Assembly (NCBI GenBank): GCA_917627385.1
Contig: CAKJTL010000092.1
Coordinates: 35,523 to 57,246 of the forward strand
Source of the DNA: Frankia sp. CIT1
Lineage (GTDB): Bacteria > Actinomycetota > Actinomycetes > Frankiales > Frankiaceae
Direction of reading: 5' to 3'
Length of the DNA stretch: 21,724 nt
The notes below the pieces were generated by a model. That model was not told the origin of the DNA, did not search any database, and saw only the letters and a program-made list of their open reading frames with translations. Both the position numbers and the translations under genes were made by a program. This document shows positions 1 to 8,401 of this stretch, piece by piece. The number at the start of each line of letters is the position of its first letter. The stretch's first letter is position 1.

Positions 1-193
1 ACGCTCTTAGAGCGCTCCGGCAACAGGGGACGCGGCGTCGCGGGGTTGGGGCACGCTCGCATCATCGCTCCCCGTCCATCGCCGCGCGATGCACGGGTAC
101 CCCGGCTCGTCAGTCGCCACCCAGCACCTCCGGTGGCTGTCTCCGCCGCCTCGCGATGCACGCACCCCAGCCCCGCTCCTTGACCCGCACTCC

Positions 194-670
194 TATTGCC
201 GGGCGCTCTTACCCGCGGTGTACACGGCCGCGTACGAAACGAGCTTGCGGATGCTGATGGCGATCCAGGAGTTGCTGACGACATCGCGGGCGAAGCTGTC
301 CCGATCAGCACGGTGCGGGCGGCCCAGATAGCTGCTCAGCCCCAGGTTGTTCACCAGGTAATCGATCCGGCCGAACTATCGACCCGGCCGAACTTCCGCG
401 TGGCCGCGGCGACCAGGGCCGCGGCCGAATCCGGCTCGGCCGCGGCCGCGATGGCGGCGGCCACGCTCACCCCGGCGGCGGCGAACTACGCCCGGGTATT
501 CTATAGATCATTTTCATGACGGGCGTTGAGGACGACGCTGGCGCCCTCCGTCACCAACCGCCAGGCGATCGCCCGCCCGATCCCCCGAGACGACCCGGTG
601 ACGATGGCCACACACCCGCTGAAACGTCCGTTCACAACCAGCCCCTGGTATGCGCGGAGTTCCATGACAA
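194..670 (-). pseudogene. Disrupted short-chain dehydrogenase/reductase (SDR) gene remnant
   Basis: Minus-strand translation from ATG at about 668-670 gives a Rossmann N-terminus 'VAIVTGSSRGIGRAIAWRLVTEGASVVLNAR', then two in-frame TAG stops in a low-GC patch around 480-505. Downstream in shifted frames the SDR continues as '...ALVAAATRKFGRVD' and 'IDYLVNNLG', and the protein ends near 194. An imperfect 17/18-bp tandem duplication at 359-392 (taatcgatccggccgaac / tatcgacccggccgaac) shifts the frame. No intact ORF spans the gene in the six-frame track. Confidence 0.55.
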
Positions 671-677
671 CATCCGC

Positions 678-720
678 TTGACAGACGTGACGTAAAATAA
701 TAACACTAATTTAAAAATTA
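678..720 (+). promoter_or_regulatory. AT-rich promoter-like island upstream of the amidohydrolase gene: TTGACA at 678-683, then an AT-rich quasi-palindrome (TAATTTAAAAATTA) at 708-720
   Basis: A stretch of about 30 nt with <20% GC sits in an otherwise ~70% GC sequence. There is a perfect -35 hexamer, several TAnnnT-like candidates downstream, and a near-palindrome AATTTAAAAATT. Confidence 0.35.
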
Positions 721-870
721 GTGAGGCTTTCGAGAGCGGTCAACCGGCACTGGAGGGCGCTTCCTCCGACGGGACACGGCGACCCGGAGACCTGCAGACC
801 TGGGCCACCGGCGGCGCGCGATGGCACGATCGCGCCACCGCTGGCCCCTGGCGGGAACTAAGGAGTGGGC

Positions 871-1938
871 ATGGACAAGATCTGGGCGAACTCGGGAGAT
901 TCGCACCTGTTGGAGCCGGTCGACCTGTGGACGTCAAGGCTGCCGGCGCACCTGGCGGACCGCGCTCCACGCACCGAACGGGGCGACCGGCACGAAACAA
1001 TCTACGTCGACAACGTGGTCCAGCGACGGGCGCTCAACGACTTCATGGACTCGTTCCGTCCCCCGGGCGCCTACGACCTCAAGCTTCGCCTCCAGGACAT
1101 GGATGCCGAGGGCATCTGGGGGCAGCTCGTATTCCCGTCGATGGGCCTGTGGACCGTCCTGATCACCGATCGGGAACTCGCCGCCGCCTCCGTGCGGGCG
1201 TACAACGACTGGTGCCGCGAAGAGATCATGGATGGCTCGCCTCGCATCGTCGGCGCCGCGCTCCTGTCGATGGCCTCCATCGAAGACGCCGTGGCCGAGA
1301 TCGAGCGGGTCGCCGGGATGGGGTTCCAGTGCGTGTTCCTGCCCACCGTCGTCCCCGACGGGCAGGAGTACGCCCAGGAGCTGTGGGAGCCGGTCTGGAC
1401 CGCGGCTGAGGAAGCAAACCTCCTGATCGCCTTCCACATCGGTACCGGCTCGGACGCCAAGGCGTTCCGCGGTCCTGGAGCGGCTGTCATCAACTACGTG
1501 GAAACGACCTTCCCCGGCATGCGGGTCGTCACCCACCTGGTCGGCGCGGGCGTGCTCGACCGTCACCCGCGCCTGCGGATCATGATTGCCGAAGGTGGGG
1601 CGTCATGGGTGCCGGCGCTCGCCGACCGGATGGACGAGGGCTACCGCCAGCACGGCAACTGGGCGCTGCCCAAGCTGTCGGCGCTGCCGAGCGAGCTGAT
1701 CTACCGGCAGGTCTACACGTCCTTCCAGCACGATGTGAGCGCTGTTCCCGCGGTCACCGCCATGGGTTACCGCAACGTCATGTGGGGTGACGACTACCCC
1801 CACCTCGAGGGTACCTACGGCCACACCCAGCAGACGCTGCACGACCTGTTCCAGGATGTCCCGGACGAGGTACGCCACACCATCACCCTGGACACCTTCC
1901 GCACGCTGTTCACCGTGCCGGACCGGGTCGAGGCCTGA
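871..1938 (+). CDS. Amidohydrolase-2 family metal-dependent hydrolase (ACMSD/LigI-like, PF04909-type)
   Basis: ORF 865..1938. An AGGAG Shine-Dalgarno at 861-865 precedes ATG 871 (MDKIW...). Motifs 'NSGDSHLLEP', 'AFHIGTG' and 'MWGDDYPH' match the amidohydrolase_2 signature (vlfGSDYPH). Third-position GC is high and native-like. Confidence 0.85.
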   Translation: MDKIWANSGDSHLLEPVDLWTSRLPAHLADRAPRTERGDRHETIYVDNVVQRRALNDFMDSFRPPGAYDLKLRLQDMDAEGIWGQLVFPSMGLWTVLITDRELAAASVRAYNDWCREEIMDGSPRIVGAALLSMASIEDAVAEIERVAGMGFQCVFLPTVVPDGQEYAQELWEPVWTAAEEANLLIAFHIGTGSDAKAFRGPGAAVINYVETTFPGMRVVTHLVGAGVLDRHPRLRIMIAEGGASWVPALADRMDEGYRQHGNWALPKLSALPSELIYRQVYTSFQHDVSAVPAVTAMGYRNVMWGDDYPHLEGTYGHTQQTLHDLFQDVPDEVRHTITLDTFRTLFTVPDRVEA

Positions 1939-2004
1939 GGCCTGAGGCCTTCCGGACCTCGGCACAGGCGGCCTGACCACAGGACATGGCCAGGCCGCCT
2001 GCCC

Positions 2005-2042
2005 AGGCCACGGCCACGGCAACGGCAACGGCAACGGCAACG
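2005..2042. repeat. Hexanucleotide microsatellite (GGCCAC)2(GGCAAC)4 in a convergent intergenic region
   Basis: Read directly: aggccacggccacggcaacggcaacggcaacggcaacg. Confidence 0.6.
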
Positions 2043-2084
2043 TGGAGAAGCCCCGGACGCAACCGCCTCCGGGGCTTCTCCACG
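2041..2084. terminator. Bidirectional intrinsic terminator hairpin between the convergent amidohydrolase (+) and livF (-) genes
   Basis: Perfect 16-bp inverted repeat cgtggagaagccccgg / ccggggcttctccacg around a 12-nt loop, followed by TTCAA. It lies between the stop codons of two convergent genes. Confidence 0.65.
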
Positions 2085-2120
2085 TTCAACGCCGGCCCGC
2101 GCCAGCCCGCGACCGCGGGG

Positions 2121-2828
2121 TCAGGCGTGCGCCTGGGCCAACGGCGCGCCGGACAGATAGGACTGCGCGATGTCGTCCAAGCGGCCGCGCAGGTCCTGCG
2201 CGGTACCGCTGAGCGCGATCCGGCCGCGGCTCATCACATAGGCCCGGTCGGCGAACTCAAGAGCCTTCGCGATGTGCTGCTCGACGAGGAGCACGCCCAC
2301 ACCGCCGTCCGCGGCCTGCCGGACCGCACGCAGCAGCCGTGTGACAACCAGCGGCGCCAATCCGAGCGAGAGCTCGTCGGCCAGCAGCAGGCTCGGGCCA
2401 CGGCCCAGCGCTCGGGCCAGGGCCAGCATCTGCTGCTGGCCACCGGAGAGCAGCCCGACCCGCCGTCCGCGGAACTCGGCAAGCTCCGGGAACACGTTGA
2501 ACGCAAGCGCCAGGTCACTCCCGCTGACCCGCAGGTTCTCCTCGACGGTCAGGCTCATGAACACCGACCGCTCCTCGGTGACCAGGCCAAGGCCCGCCCG
2601 TGCGCGCCGGTGCAGCGGGGCCTTGGTGACCTGGCCGTTCACCCGGACCTCCCCGCCGAGAACAGGCAGCTCACCACACAGCGTGAGCAGTGTGGTGGTC
2701 TTGCCCGCGCCGTTCGGGCCGAGCAGCGCGACAACCTCGCCCGGCTCCACGTGTATGTCGAGGTCGCGCACGACCGCGAGCGAACCGTAGCCGGCCGACA
2801 GTCCTATCGTTTCGATCAACGCTGGCAT
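2121..2828 (-). CDS. livF: Branched-chain amino-acid ABC transporter ATP-binding protein, LivF type
   Basis: ORF 2121..2870. The likely start is ATG at 2826-2828 (MPALIETIG...), preceded by GAGGAG. It has a Walker A 'GPNGAGKTTTL', an ABC signature 'LSGGQQQMLALARAL' and a Walker B 'LLLADE'. It is the last gene of the minus-strand liv operon. Confidence 0.9.
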   Translation of the reverse strand: MPALIETIGLSAGYGSLAVVRDLDIHVEPGEVVALLGPNGAGKTTTLLTLCGELPVLGGEVRVNGQVTKAPLHRRARAGLGLVTEERSVFMSLTVEENLRVSGSDLALAFNVFPELAEFRGRRVGLLSGGQQQMLALARALGRGPSLLLADELSLGLAPLVVTRLLRAVRQAADGGVGVLLVEQHIAKALEFADRAYVMSRGRIALSGTAQDLRGRLDDIAQSYLSGAPLAQAHA

Positions 2829-2879
2829 CGTGTGCTCCTCAGCCGACCCTCGGGGCGGCACGATCATCAAACTCTCGCG

Positions 2880-5846
2880 TCATACTTTTTCGGACTGAAT
2901 CAGCTTCTTGGCGGCATGCGGTTTCGGTGACCCGGCCCGCTCACCGGGCCTGCGGGAGTCAGCCGGGGCCGCGTCGGCCGGCTCCCCGGTCGGCTCCCCG
3001 GTCGGCTCACCAGCCGGCTCGGCGGTCAACTCGCCGGCCGGCTCCCCAGTCGGCTCACCAGCCGGCTCGGCAGTGGAGCCGGCGGTGTCGCTGTCCTCCC
3101 CGAGATAGGCACGGATCACATCGGGATTGGTCCGGATCTCCTCAGGTGCCCCTTCGGCGATCTTCCGACCGAAGTCGAGCACCGCGATGCGGTCGCAGAT
3201 GCCGAGGACCAGCGGAATGTCATGCTCGATCAGCAGAACGGCGGTGTTGCGCCGCTCGGCGATCCCCCGGATGACCGTCCCGATCTCGGCGCTCTCATGG
3301 GAGTCCAGACCGGCGGCCGGCTCGTCGAGGAACAGCACGTTCGGATCAGCGAGCAGCGCCCGAGCCACGCCGACGAGCCGCGCCCGGCCATGCGGAAGCT
3401 CAGCGGGCTTGCTGTCCAGCAGATCCGTCAGCCCGAACTCCTCGATGATCTCTTCCATGGTGACGGACGGACGCTGCCGCCCAGGACGGATCATGTCGGT
3501 GAAGTAGTACCCCGGCGCCTGGGTGTCCGCGGCGGCGAGCAGATTCTCCCGGACCGTCATGTCCGGGAACAGCTCGACCGCCTGGAAGGACCGGGCCAGC
3601 CCGGCCCGTGCCCGCCGTACCGGCGACCATCCGGCGATGGGCTTCCCGTCGAGCAGCACCTCACCCGACGTCGGCTTGGTGAAGCCGGTGACGATGTCCA
3701 GCAAGGTCGTCTTGCCCGCGCCGTTGGGGCCGATCAGCCCCAGCACCTTGCCCGGCTCAACGCGCAGGTTGACGTCGATGAGCGCCTGCACCCCACCGAA
3801 ACGGACGCTGAGATTACGCACCTCAAGAACCGCGGGCTCACGGCGACGGCTGGCGGCCGGACTGTCAGCGGCAGCTCCGTCGGCTCCGTCGGCTCCGTCG
3901 GAAGCGGCGGTCGCGCCGGTCGCGCCGGTCGCGGTGGTACCAGCGGGCGCCGCACCGTCTACAGCCGGCGCTGGTGCCGATCCGCCGCCGCGCAGCCGTG
4001 CGACAAGTGCCTGATAACCATCGGAGTTGAGTTTGGCGATCCCGTCCGGGGCCTGGAAAAGTGTCAGGATGACGCCACCACCGGCGATGAGGGGCAGCCA
4101 GCCGCTGATGTCACCGAGCGAATCAACGATCTTCGCCGTGACACCGCCCGCAATCATGGTGGCGCCGGCCAGGCTGCCCGACGCCCAGCCAATACCGCCA
4201 ATCACCGCATACATGACGACGTTGATGGACCCGAACACGTCGAACTGAGTGAAGACCACGGTCGGGCTGCGGAACCCGGTGAGGATCCCGCCGATCGCGC
4301 CGATCGCGGCGGCCAGGCCGAAAGCGTAGAGCTTGGCCCCGTAGACCCCGATGCCGATCGACGCGGCAGCCCGCTCATTGCTGCGGATCGCCAGCAGCCG
4401 CCGACCGGTGCGGCCACGCCGCACATTGGCCACGAGGAGACCGAGCAACACCAACATGATCAGGACAAGAGTCGCGTAGCGCCGAGGGTAGGTGATCGGG
4501 TCGAGGTCGACACCGAACAGGGACGGCGTCCCGACATTGGTCCCGTCAAGCCCGCCGGTAAGCTCACCGTTACCCAAGATCATATTCTGGATCACCAGTG
4601 CCAGGCCGAGCGTGGCGACCGCGAGGTTAACCCCACGGGTACGCAGTGCGGGCAGCGCCACAATGAGACCGGCCGGTATCGCGGCAAGAACACCGACGAG
4701 TGCCGCCAGCCAGAATGGCCACCCCGACGCGGCGACCAGCCGGGCCGCGACCCAGGCACCGAAGCCGGCCAACGCCCACTGACTGAGCGAGAGCTGTCCA
4801 GCGTAACCGGTGACGACGACGACGGACAGCACGAGCACCGCCGCGATGAAGGTCGTGGCGAGCGAGTCGACCCAGTCGGTAGGCACTGTCCAGACGAGCA
4901 ACGCACCCGCGGCGATCGCCGGAATGAGCAGCGGCAGGTTCACCCGTCCTGGACCGGGCAACGGCAACCGCACGGGAAGGTCACCGCGGGCGGGCCGGGC
5001 ACGTCCACCGAGAGTGAGAATGACGATAATCAACAGGAACGGTACGGAATCCGCGAGCCCGGTGACGTCGGCGAGGTAGCGTCCGACCTCCGCCTGCACG
5101 ACACCGAGCAGCATGGCGCCGCCGATCGTGAGCAGGAAGGACGAGAAGCCTCCGACCAGCGCCGCCGCGAGCGCGGGAACGACAAGCAGGGTGAGTGCAC
5201 CCGCGGACAGTCCGGTGATGGGCGCGAGAAAGATCGCGGCGGTGGCGTACAGCGCGCCGCCGACGCTCCAGTTCACCAGCTCAATCATGGATGTCGACCA
5301 TCCGGAGGCCGCTGCCGTGCGCCGGTTCTCCGCCACCGCCGTGGTCGCGAGACCGAACCGGGTCCGGGAATAGATCAACCACAGGACGGCCGCGAGCACG
5401 ATCAGAAGACCGATGAGGACGATACGGTCCTTACCGATGACCAACGAGCCGGTCACGTGGACCGCCTTGGTCGGCAGGATCGACTTCACCAGCTCCTGCA
5501 CGGACCCCCAGACAAGCACCACCACGCCCTCGAGGAACAGCAGGACTCCGAGCGTGGCGATGAGCTTGACCAACGCGGAGGCCCGGCGCAGCGGGACCAT
5601 GACCAACAGGTGGGTGGCACCACCCAGCGCCGCCCCGAACGCGATACTCAGCACCAGCGCGGCGATCCAGTTCACATGATGGGTGTCGCGCAGGTCATAG
5701 AAGACGAAGGCGGCGAAACCGCCCGTCACGCCGCTGGCGAAGTTCAGTACTCCGGAGGCTCGGAAGACCAGCACGATCCCGAGCGCGGCCAGCGCGTACA
5801 AGCTGCCCGTGCCAAGACCCAGCAGGGCAAAGCGGAGGAAATCCAC
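2880..5846 (-). CDS. Triple-fusion ABC transporter subunit: LivH-like permease + LivM-like permease + LivG-like ATPase, with a low-complexity C-terminal tail
   Basis: Single uninterrupted 988-aa ORF. Residues 1-290 are a LivH-type permease (MDFLRFALLGLGTGSLYALAALGIVLVF...). Residues 300-640 or so are a LivM-type permease (...GYAGQLSLSQWALAGFGAWVAARL...). A Thr/Gly/Ala/Asp-rich linker (TTATGATGATAASDGADGADGAA) follows. Then comes a LivG-type ATPase (VLEVRNLSVRFGGVQAL...GPNGAGKTTLL...LDEPAAGL...). The C-terminus is an (EPxG)n tail. Confidence 0.85.
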   Translation of the reverse strand: MDFLRFALLGLGTGSLYALAALGIVLVFRASGVLNFASGVTGGFAAFVFYDLRDTHHVNWIAALVLSIAFGAALGGATHLLVMVPLRRASALVKLIATLGVLLFLEGVVVLVWGSVQELVKSILPTKAVHVTGSLVIGKDRIVLIGLLIVLAAVLWLIYSRTRFGLATTAVAENRRTAAASGWSTSMIELVNWSVGGALYATAAIFLAPITGLSAGALTLLVVPALAAALVGGFSSFLLTIGGAMLLGVVQAEVGRYLADVTGLADSVPFLLIIVILTLGGRARPARGDLPVRLPLPGPGRVNLPLLIPAIAAGALLVWTVPTDWVDSLATTFIAAVLVLSVVVVTGYAGQLSLSQWALAGFGAWVAARLVAASGWPFWLAALVGVLAAIPAGLIVALPALRTRGVNLAVATLGLALVIQNMILGNGELTGGLDGTNVGTPSLFGVDLDPITYPRRYATLVLIMLVLLGLLVANVRRGRTGRRLLAIRSNERAAASIGIGVYGAKLYAFGLAAAIGAIGGILTGFRSPTVVFTQFDVFGSINVVMYAVIGGIGWASGSLAGATMIAGGVTAKIVDSLGDISGWLPLIAGGGVILTLFQAPDGIAKLNSDGYQALVARLRGGGSAPAPAVDGAAPAGTTATGATGATAASDGADGADGAAADSPAASRRREPAVLEVRNLSVRFGGVQALIDVNLRVEPGKVLGLIGPNGAGKTTLLDIVTGFTKPTSGEVLLDGKPIAGWSPVRRARAGLARSFQAVELFPDMTVRENLLAAADTQAPGYYFTDMIRPGRQRPSVTMEEIIEEFGLTDLLDSKPAELPHGRARLVGVARALLADPNVLFLDEPAAGLDSHESAEIGTVIRGIAERRNTAVLLIEHDIPLVLGICDRIAVLDFGRKIAEGAPEEIRTNPDVIRAYLGEDSDTAGSTAEPAGEPTGEPAGELTAEPAGEPTGEPTGEPADAAPADSRRPGERAGSPKPHAAKKLIQSEKV
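2975..3080. repeat. 12-bp periodic in-frame tandem repeat (about 8 units, cggctcNNNNgN) encoding the C-terminal (P-A/T-G-E)n tail of the fused transporter
   Basis: Read directly: cggctccccggt cggctccccggt cggctcaccagc cggctcggcggt ... It translates on the minus strand as PAGEPTGEPAGELTAEPAGEPTGEPTGEP. Confidence 0.7.
3873..3934. repeat. 9-bp in-frame tandem repeats (gctccgtcg x3; gtcgcgccg x2.5) encoding the permease-ATPase linker
   Basis: Read directly. It translates as TGATGATAASDGADGADGA within the fusion protein. Confidence 0.6.
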
Positions 5847-5933
5847 GTCGGAAAGCCTTTCTGCCGAGAACGCGGGTATGCCGGCGCACCCGGCCGCGGG
5901 AGGAACCGCGGCCGGGTGCCGAAACAGCCGCGG

Positions 5934-7151
5934 TTAGGAGCTGCCGAGGACGTTGAATGCCTGGTTGTCGAACAGTGGTGTACGGGTACCGTTTTTGACC
6001 TCGGAGAAGTACACACTGGTGGTGAAAATCCGGTTACCGTCGAACAGAACCTTGATCGGCTTGGCGAAGTCCACCTTGGGCAGCGGCGAGAAGTCGATCT
6101 CTCCGGCGGTATTCAGAGCATTGGCCAGGCTCTCCCCGTCGATCGTGGTCAGCTTCGCCGCGTACTGGGCCACCAAGTGGACGGTCGCCCACGCGGTCAT
6201 GGCACCTTCGCTGCGGGTGTCAGCGGCAACACCGGCGGCATCCAGCTCGGAGTTGAACTGCTTGATCGCGGGAATGGTGGTATCGCTGGCCGGTGGCATC
6301 GAACCAACCAGCACCAGCCCGTCCGCGGCCGATCCAAGCGTCTTGATCATTTTATCCTCGATGACCGTAGCGCCGTAGGCGGTCGTGACCTTGGAGCCCG
6401 CCTGCGAGAGCGCCTGCAACAGCTTGGACGCCTGGCTCGAGCCCAGCACCATGTCGATGCAGTCGGTGGTGCCGCTGGTCAACGTGGCCGCGCTGGTCGT
6501 CAGGTCGGTGGCAGTCGGCGCGATCGGCACAGTCTTGTTGATGTTCAGGTTGAACGACTTGAGGCCGATGCCGAAGAAGGAAGCCGAGTTGCGTCCAGCC
6601 GCGATGTCGACGACCGCGACGGCCGGATCCTTCTTACCCAGCTTGCCACAGGCCGTCCCGCCACCGGCGATGTTGACCGCGCCGCTGCCGAACGGGAAGG
6701 AGTACGGGCTCTTGAGCTCACTGGCGCTGCTCGGTACTTCACCGATCGCCGGGATCTTCGCCTTCTCCAGGATCGGCATGTACCGGTCGCCGGTGCTGGA
6801 GTTGGCCGTCACGAACAGGTACTTGCCCTGAACGGCCTGGGTCGCACAATCAGCGCCCTTGTTCGGGTCGAACTGGTCATCGCAGGCGGTGACCTCCAGC
6901 GGCCGGCCCTTGATACCGCCGGCCTTGTTGATTGCTTGAGCCGCGGCCTTCACCGCCGCGGGGACTCCCGGGTAGCTGTCGGACGGGCCTGACAGCGCCT
7001 GGATCGTCATGATCTTTATGGGTTCGCCGGAAAGCTTGGTCGCCGACCCCGACGCGGCACTCCCGTCATTCGACGAAGAACTACCGCATGCGGCCAGCGC
7101 GAGGGCACCGGCAAGCGCTACGGCGAAGGGTGCCTTCGAGCGGACTTTCAT
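5934..7151 (-). CDS. ABC transporter substrate-binding lipoprotein, branched-chain amino-acid (Leu/Ile/Val-binding, Peripla_BP_6-like) family
   Basis: ORF 5934..7256. The best start is ATG at 7149-7151 (MKVRSKAPFAVALAGALALAACGSSSS...), preceded by AAGGAGG. It has a lipoprotein signal peptide with a lipobox LAAC. It is the first gene of the operon. Third-position GC is noticeably lower than in neighbouring genes. Confidence 0.85.
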   Translation of the reverse strand: MKVRSKAPFAVALAGALALAACGSSSSNDGSAASGSATKLSGEPIKIMTIQALSGPSDSYPGVPAAVKAAAQAINKAGGIKGRPLEVTACDDQFDPNKGADCATQAVQGKYLFVTANSSTGDRYMPILEKAKIPAIGEVPSSASELKSPYSFPFGSGAVNIAGGGTACGKLGKKDPAVAVVDIAAGRNSASFFGIGLKSFNLNINKTVPIAPTATDLTTSAATLTSGTTDCIDMVLGSSQASKLLQALSQAGSKVTTAYGATVIEDKMIKTLGSAADGLVLVGSMPPASDTTIPAIKQFNSELDAAGVAADTRSEGAMTAWATVHLVAQYAAKLTTIDGESLANALNTAGEIDFSPLPKVDFAKPIKVLFDGNRIFTTSVYFSEVKNGTRTPLFDNQAFNVLGSS

Positions 7152-7370
7152 GATCCTCCTTGAGAAGGGTAACTGAATCACCGAACGCAACAGTATGAAT
7201 CGCTTAATCGGATAGACATTTCTACAGTGCGCGAAGTGTGACCTTTGACACCACACCCGTCAAGTCCCAGACTCACCGCATGCCCGGAAATCCACGAATA
7301 TGACTCTTGGTGTCAGTACCAGCACAATCTGGTCCACCGGCGCGGTCAGCGGAGCCGGCTCGGCAAGGGC

Positions 7371-8309
7371 CTAACCGCGCGCGATCGCCGAGGCCGCGGC
7401 CATGGTCTCCGCGCTCAGCTCCCACTCGGCGGCGGCGACGTTGGTGCGGAGCTGCGCCGGCGAGGTCACACCAGCGATCACCGATGCCACCGCGGGTTGC
7501 GCGATCAGCCAGGCGATCGAGAGTTCCAGGAGGGTGTGCCCGTCCTGGCCAGCCAGCCTCTCGAAGGCCTCAAGGCGGTCGTGTGTGCGCTCGGAGAGGA
7601 TTTTCGCCGCCACCGCAGGGGCTACATGATCTCCGAGGCGGGTGCCCGCGGGGGGAGCCTGCCCCCGGCGATACTTGCCGGTGAGAACTCCGGAGGCGAG
7701 GGGGAAGAACGGAAGAAACGCCATGCCCTGGGCGGACGCTGCTGGCACCGTGTCGGAAAGCGCCTGCGGCCGCAACAGATTGAGCCGGTTCTGGACGCTG
7801 GCGAACGGCCTCAGGCCATGATCGTTCGCGGCGCGCGCCGCCTCGTCGATCTGGGCGGTGGCCATGTTCGCACACCCGATCTCCCGGGCCTTGCCCGCCT
7901 GAACGAGGCCGTCCAACGCACCGAGGGTCTCCTCGATCGGCACGGACGGGTCGGGGAAGTGCAGCTGGTAGAGGTCGATACGGTCGGTGCGCAGCCGCCG
8001 CAGGCTCGCCTCGACGGCCGTCGTGATCCAGCGGGGGCTCGCGCCGCCTTCGCCGGGCGCCGCGCCGTAGCGCGACCCGAACTTCGTCGCGATCACGACT
8101 TCGTCGCGGCGGGCGGCCAGCAGACGCCCGAGCAGCTCCTCGGACGCGCCGGCACCGTACTCGTCAGCCGTGTCGAAGAAGGTCACGCCGCTGTCGGCGG
8201 CAGCGGCGAGGATTGCCGCGGTCCTGGTCTCGTCGCAGGTGGTGCCGAGCTGGTTGCAGCCCAGCCCCACGACCGAGACCTCCAGGCTACCGATCCTTCG
8301 GGTACGCAT
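7371..8309 (-). CDS. Aldo/keto reductase family oxidoreductase
   Basis: ORF 7371..8345. The likely start is ATG at 8307-8309 (MRTRRIGSLEVSVVGLGCNQLG...), preceded by GGAAGGAA. AKR motifs are 'DTADEYG', 'ATKFG' and 'LRTDRIDLYQLH'. Confidence 0.85.
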   Translation of the reverse strand: MRTRRIGSLEVSVVGLGCNQLGTTCDETRTAAILAAAADSGVTFFDTADEYGAGASEELLGRLLAARRDEVVIATKFGSRYGAAPGEGGASPRWITTAVEASLRRLRTDRIDLYQLHFPDPSVPIEETLGALDGLVQAGKAREIGCANMATAQIDEAARAANDHGLRPFASVQNRLNLLRPQALSDTVPAASAQGMAFLPFFPLASGVLTGKYRRGQAPPAGTRLGDHVAPAVAAKILSERTHDRLEAFERLAGQDGHTLLELSIAWLIAQPAVASVIAGVTSPAQLRTNVAAAEWELSAETMAAASAIARG

Positions 8310-8401
8310 TCCCGTTCCTTCCCCGTCCGGCACCGCTGTCGGCACCGGTACCGGCAGCCGCTACAGCCATGCCGGTCCTCCTCGTGGTTCGCGGCGGTAC
8401 G

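Noticed and set aside
1-195. Possible small RNA or regulatory element in the 5'-most 195 nt, including repeated CGCGATGCACG at 86-96 and 152-162
   Set aside because: There is no convincing promoter-terminator pair or conserved structure. The 11-mer repeat is GC-rich and short. It is probably the degenerate tail region beyond the SDR pseudogene.
3222-6992. 1256-aa plus-strand ORF antisense to the fused transporter and binding-protein genes
   Set aside because: Its product is extreme low-complexity Arg/Gly/Asp-rich sequence with no domain signature. It is the typical stop-codon-free antisense frame of a high-GC gene. The minus-strand frame has clear permease and ABC motifs.
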